Below are positions 33,216 to 35,676 of a DNA stretch of 35,676 nucleotides, one piece after another. The translations under genes were made by a program, and so were the position numbers. The stretch's first letter is position 1. Every line of letters begins with the position of its first letter. Location: the NCBI GenBank assembly GCA_017453405.1, contig JAFTKF010000201.1:1-35676 (forward strand), in the 5' to 3' direction. The stretch comes from Clostridia bacterium. Its GTDB lineage: Bacteria; Bacillota; Clostridia; Oscillospirales; CAG-272. Below the pieces are notes generated by a model, which was not told the DNA's origin, ran no database searches, and saw only the letters and a list, made by a program, of their open reading frames with translations.

Positions 33216-34082
33216 TTACTTGTTGGTGCTCTCAGCAATCATAATCGCGGGCTGCTTGTCGATGATAACAGCATCTACCACGCCGTTGGCAAGGTCAAGA
33301 ACAGCAAGTGCACCGGTGGTGTAGCCCTTGGTGGTGAGGTTCTTGAAGCCGTCATAGCCAAAGCCCTCGTCACCTGCGGTGAACATATAACCCGTCGTAC
33401 CGTTCTGCGTACCGACCGTGAAGGTCTTAGCCTGTGCGGAAAGCTTTGCGGTGATGTCGTCAGCGCTCTTGCAGTCAGCAAATACCGTGTCATCCTCACG
33501 AACGATCAGAACCTGAGCGGATTCGTAGTATTCGGTGGTGAAGTCGATGGTCTTGAGTCTTTCTTCGTTGACCGTCATACCTGCCATACCGATATCTGCC
33601 ATACCTTCCTTAACCGAGGTGATCACAGAGTCGAATTCCATATCATAGATGTAAAGGGTCTTGTCAAGCTTTTCAGCAAGGAGAGAAGCGATCTTCATAT
33701 CCACGCCGGTGAGCTTAACGCCTTCGTAGTATTCGAAGGGCGGGAAGTATGCGTTGGTTGCCACAACGAGATAGTCGTCTCTCGCGTCACCCGTGGGGGG
33801 ATTGGCAATGGGGTTTTCATATGCGAAGGTAGCCGAGCCGTCAAAGAAGGAGTTGATGATCTTTTCAAGCTCGCCGTTTGCCTTGAGTTCAGCAAGAAGC
33901 TCGTTGGCAGCGTCCTTCAGGGCGGTGTTTTCCTTTGCTACGGCAAAGGCGTACTTTTCGGCAGTGAGTTCATACTCGGTGAATACCTTGACCTTGCTCT
34001 TCGTGTCGCCGCAGGAAGCGAAAACCGCAACTGTGGTCAGAAGCATAGCGAGGCAAAGGATGATAGAGAGTGTCTTTTTCAT
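33216..34082 (-). CDS. Amino-acid ABC transporter substrate-binding lipoprotein (SBP family 3)
   Basis: Lipobox LAMLLTTVAVFASC. SBP_bac_3-like pattern NAYFPPFEY, GVDMKIA, and ADIGMAGMTVNEER. Confidence 0.85.
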   Translation of the reverse strand: MKKTLSIILCLAMLLTTVAVFASCGDTKSKVKVFTEYELTAEKYAFAVAKENTALKDAANELLAELKANGELEKIINSFFDGSATFAYENPIANPPTGDARDDYLVVATNAYFPPFEYYEGVKLTGVDMKIASLLAEKLDKTLYIYDMEFDSVITSVKEGMADIGMAGMTVNEERLKTIDFTTEYYESAQVLIVREDDTVFADCKSADDITAKLSAQAKTFTVGTQNGTTGYMFTAGDEGFGYDGFKNLTTKGYTTGALAVLDLANGVVDAVIIDKQPAIMIAESTNK

Positions 34083-34143
34083 AATCGTGATCCTTTCCGG
34101 GTTTTAAAAATAATAAATACCGTGCATTTGGTGCACACGAATC

Positions 34144-34173
34144 ATTGTAGCACCGAAGCACCGCCTTTGTCAA
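34144..34173 (-). promoter_or_regulatory. SigA-type promoter with extended -10 for the ABC transporter operon
   Basis: On the minus strand: TTGACA (34173-34168), 18-nt spacer ending in TGc, TACAAT (34149-34144). Confidence 0.55.
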
Positions 34174-34270
34174 GCGGTTTGGGGTAAAATTTTCAAGAAA
34201 TATTCATTTTTCTGCATATTTTTATACACTTTTCCTACTTTATGCAGAATATCTCGCATAATGCATTCGA

Positions 34271-35629
34271 TCAGTTCTTCAGCGAATGGATCGGTGCGGG
34301 AATATGACCGCCGCGCGCGATCAGCTTTTTCGGCGAATAGCGGTTGACGGGAATGATGGGGGCATAGCCGAGAAGACCGCCGAAGTCGATCACATCACCG
34401 ACATCCTTGCCGTAAGCGGGGATCAGGCGCACCGCTGTCGTTTTGGTATTGGCAACACCGATAGAGATCTCGTCGGCAATGATACCGCAGATGATATCCT
34501 CCGAAAGGTCGCCGGGAACGGCGATCATATCAAGACCCACCGAGCAGACGGCTGTCATTGCCTCCAGCTTTTCAAGCGACAAAGCACCCTTTTCGACTGC
34601 CGCGATCATACCGGCATCCTCCGACACGGGAATGAACGCGCCCGAAAGACCGCCTACGCGGGAGGATGCCATCACGCCACCCTTCTTGACCGCGTCATTC
34701 AGCATTGCAAGCGCCGCCGTCGTGCCGTGTGCGCCGCAGGATTCAAGACCCATTTCCTCAAGAATATGCGCCACCGAGTCACCGATCGCGGGAGTGGGCG
34801 CAAGCGAGAGGTCGATAATGCCAAAGGGTACATCCAGCTTTTTCGACGCCTCCATTGCCACAAGCTGACCGACACGGGTGATCTTGAAGGCAGTCTTCTT
34901 GATCACATCGGCAAGCTCGGACAGCGAGCAATCACCCGCGCGCTTGATGGCAGATGCCACCACACCGGGGCCGGATACGCCGACATTGATGACTCTCTCG
35001 GGCTCACCGATACCGTGGAACGCGCCTGTCATAAAGGGATTGTCCTCAGGGGCGTTCGCAAAGACCACAAGCTTTGCGCATCCGATCGAATTGTTATCGC
35101 GCGTAAGATATGCCGTTTCCTTGATGATCTTACCCATACGGGCGATGGCATCCATATTAATGCCCGCCTTGGTCGAAGCAACATTGACGCTGGAGCAGAC
35201 AAGCTGTGTTTCGGTCAGTGCCTGGGGAATGGCGGTGATCAGGCGGTCGGCGGCAAGTGTCGAACCCTTTTGCACCAGAGCCGAAAAGCCCCCGATAAAG
35301 TTGATACCCAAGGTATCCGCCGCTCTTTGCAGGGCTTTGGCAACCTTCACATAGCCATCCGAGGAAATACCGCCCCCAACAAGCGAGATCGGCGTGACCG
35401 ACACGCGCTTATTGACGATCGGAATGCCGTAGGTCTTCTCAATATCCTCACCGGTTTTGACAAGATGCTCGGCGCTTTTGGTGATCTTATCATAAATCTT
35501 TTCGCAAAGACGGTTTTCGTCCTCGCTGACACAGTCAAAGAGAGAAATTCCCATCGTGATGGTGCGCACGTCGAGATTTTCTTCTCTTATCATATTGATC
35601 GTTTCTAAAATATCGTGTGTATTGATCAT
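34271..35629 (-). CDS. UPF0210 / PFL-like (DUF711) family protein
   Basis: The N-terminus [27 protein letters not shown] is the family hallmark. The length is ~450 aa, with an AAGGAG RBS. It sits directly downstream of an ACT-domain gene, as is usual for this pair. Confidence 0.85.
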   Translation of the reverse strand: MINTHDILETINMIREENLDVRTITMGISLFDCVSEDENRLCEKIYDKITKSAEHLVKTGEDIEKTYGIPIVNKRVSVTPISLVGGGISSDGYVKVAKALQRAADTLGINFIGGFSALVQKGSTLAADRLITAIPQALTETQLVCSSVNVASTKAGINMDAIARMGKIIKETAYLTRDNNSIGCAKLVVFANAPEDNPFMTGAFHGIGEPERVINVGVSGPGVVASAIKRAGDCSLSELADVIKKTAFKITRVGQLVAMEASKKLDVPFGIIDLSLAPTPAIGDSVAHILEEMGLESCGAHGTTAALAMLNDAVKKGGVMASSRVGGLSGAFIPVSEDAGMIAAVEKGALSLEKLEAMTAVCSVGLDMIAVPGDLSEDIICGIIADEISIGVANTKTTAVRLIPAYGKDVGDVIDFGGLLGYAPIIPVNRYSPKKLIARGGHIPAPIHSLKN

Positions 35630-35638
35630 AGCCGCTCC

Positions 35639-35676
35639 TTAAATGCGATGCATCGTATTGAAAATATCCTCGTGCA
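35639..35676 (-). CDS. 3' end of the ACT-domain UPF0237-family gene (partial, runs off the window)
   Basis: The minus strand reads ...HEDIFNTMHRI-stop (TAA at 35641-35639). This resembles the conserved UPF0237 C-terminus and the usual partnership with UPF0210. Confidence 0.45.
   Translation of the reverse strand, partial: HEDIFNTMHRI

Noticed and set aside
288-35608. Long ORFs antisense to or overlapping the called genes. Examples: 288..1202(-), 3475..4161(-), 6593..7501(+), 9933..10853(+), 11751..12596(-), 16936..17844(-), 22837..23523(-), 24103..25044(-), 28842..29537(-), 31643..32401(+), 34286..35608(+)
   Set aside because: Each lies opposite a gene with clear family motifs. Each has Arg/Gly/His-rich shadow composition, lacks a convincing RBS and shows no recognisable domain. 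They are typical frame shadows in moderately GC-rich DNA.

Overview
All calls come from reading the sequence and ORF track by eye; no database search was run. The window looks like chromosomal DNA of a Gram-positive anaerobe. The taxon is an inference from Clostridia-type gene content (CotH, MBOAT/DHHW-like pair, LCP, UPF0210+ACT pair) and AAGGAG-type ribosome binding sites. Layout: (1) 0.1-4.2 kb holds two secreted proteins, a CotH-family lipoprotein and a large metallophosphoesterase. (2) 4.2-11.6 kb holds eight co-directional minus-strand envelope genes: lipoprotein, MBOAT, AlgJ/DHHW-like partner, LCP ligase, RNase HI, TagA-like transferase, polytopic membrane protein and SAM methyltransferase. 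(3) rlmD (rumA-type 23S rRNA methyltransferase) lies at 11.9-13.2 kb. (4) 13.2-19.3 kb is a low-GC accessory island starting exactly at the rlmD stop codon. (5) 19.3-29.1 kb holds ordinary metabolic and transport genes (Nif3, CE4 deacetylase, ClC channel, ArsB/NhaD-type permease, PPase-like protein, GH78-like glycosidase). (6) 29.1-30.0 kb is an overlapping membrane-protein plus TIR-like gene pair. (7) 30.1-31.6 kb is a low-GC islet with a decayed or attenuated peptidase gene. (8) 31.6-35.7 kb holds an amino-acid ABC transporter and the UPF0210/ACT pair. I recognised no rRNA, tRNA, CRISPR, transposase or integrase. The most unusual signal is in the island. Dense arrays of short hairpins have different stem sequences but preserved pairing, and are separated by a conserved GTGATAT(R) linker. 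The arrays start at the rlmD stop codon, switch orientation, recur at three more places, and include a 142-bp direct repeat that duplicates the rlmD 3' end around a cassette encoding a four-helix-bundle (Avd / 23S-IVS type) protein and a triple zinc-ribbon protein. The arrays divide the island into cassettes of orphan genes. I do not recognise this arrangement as any named element class.
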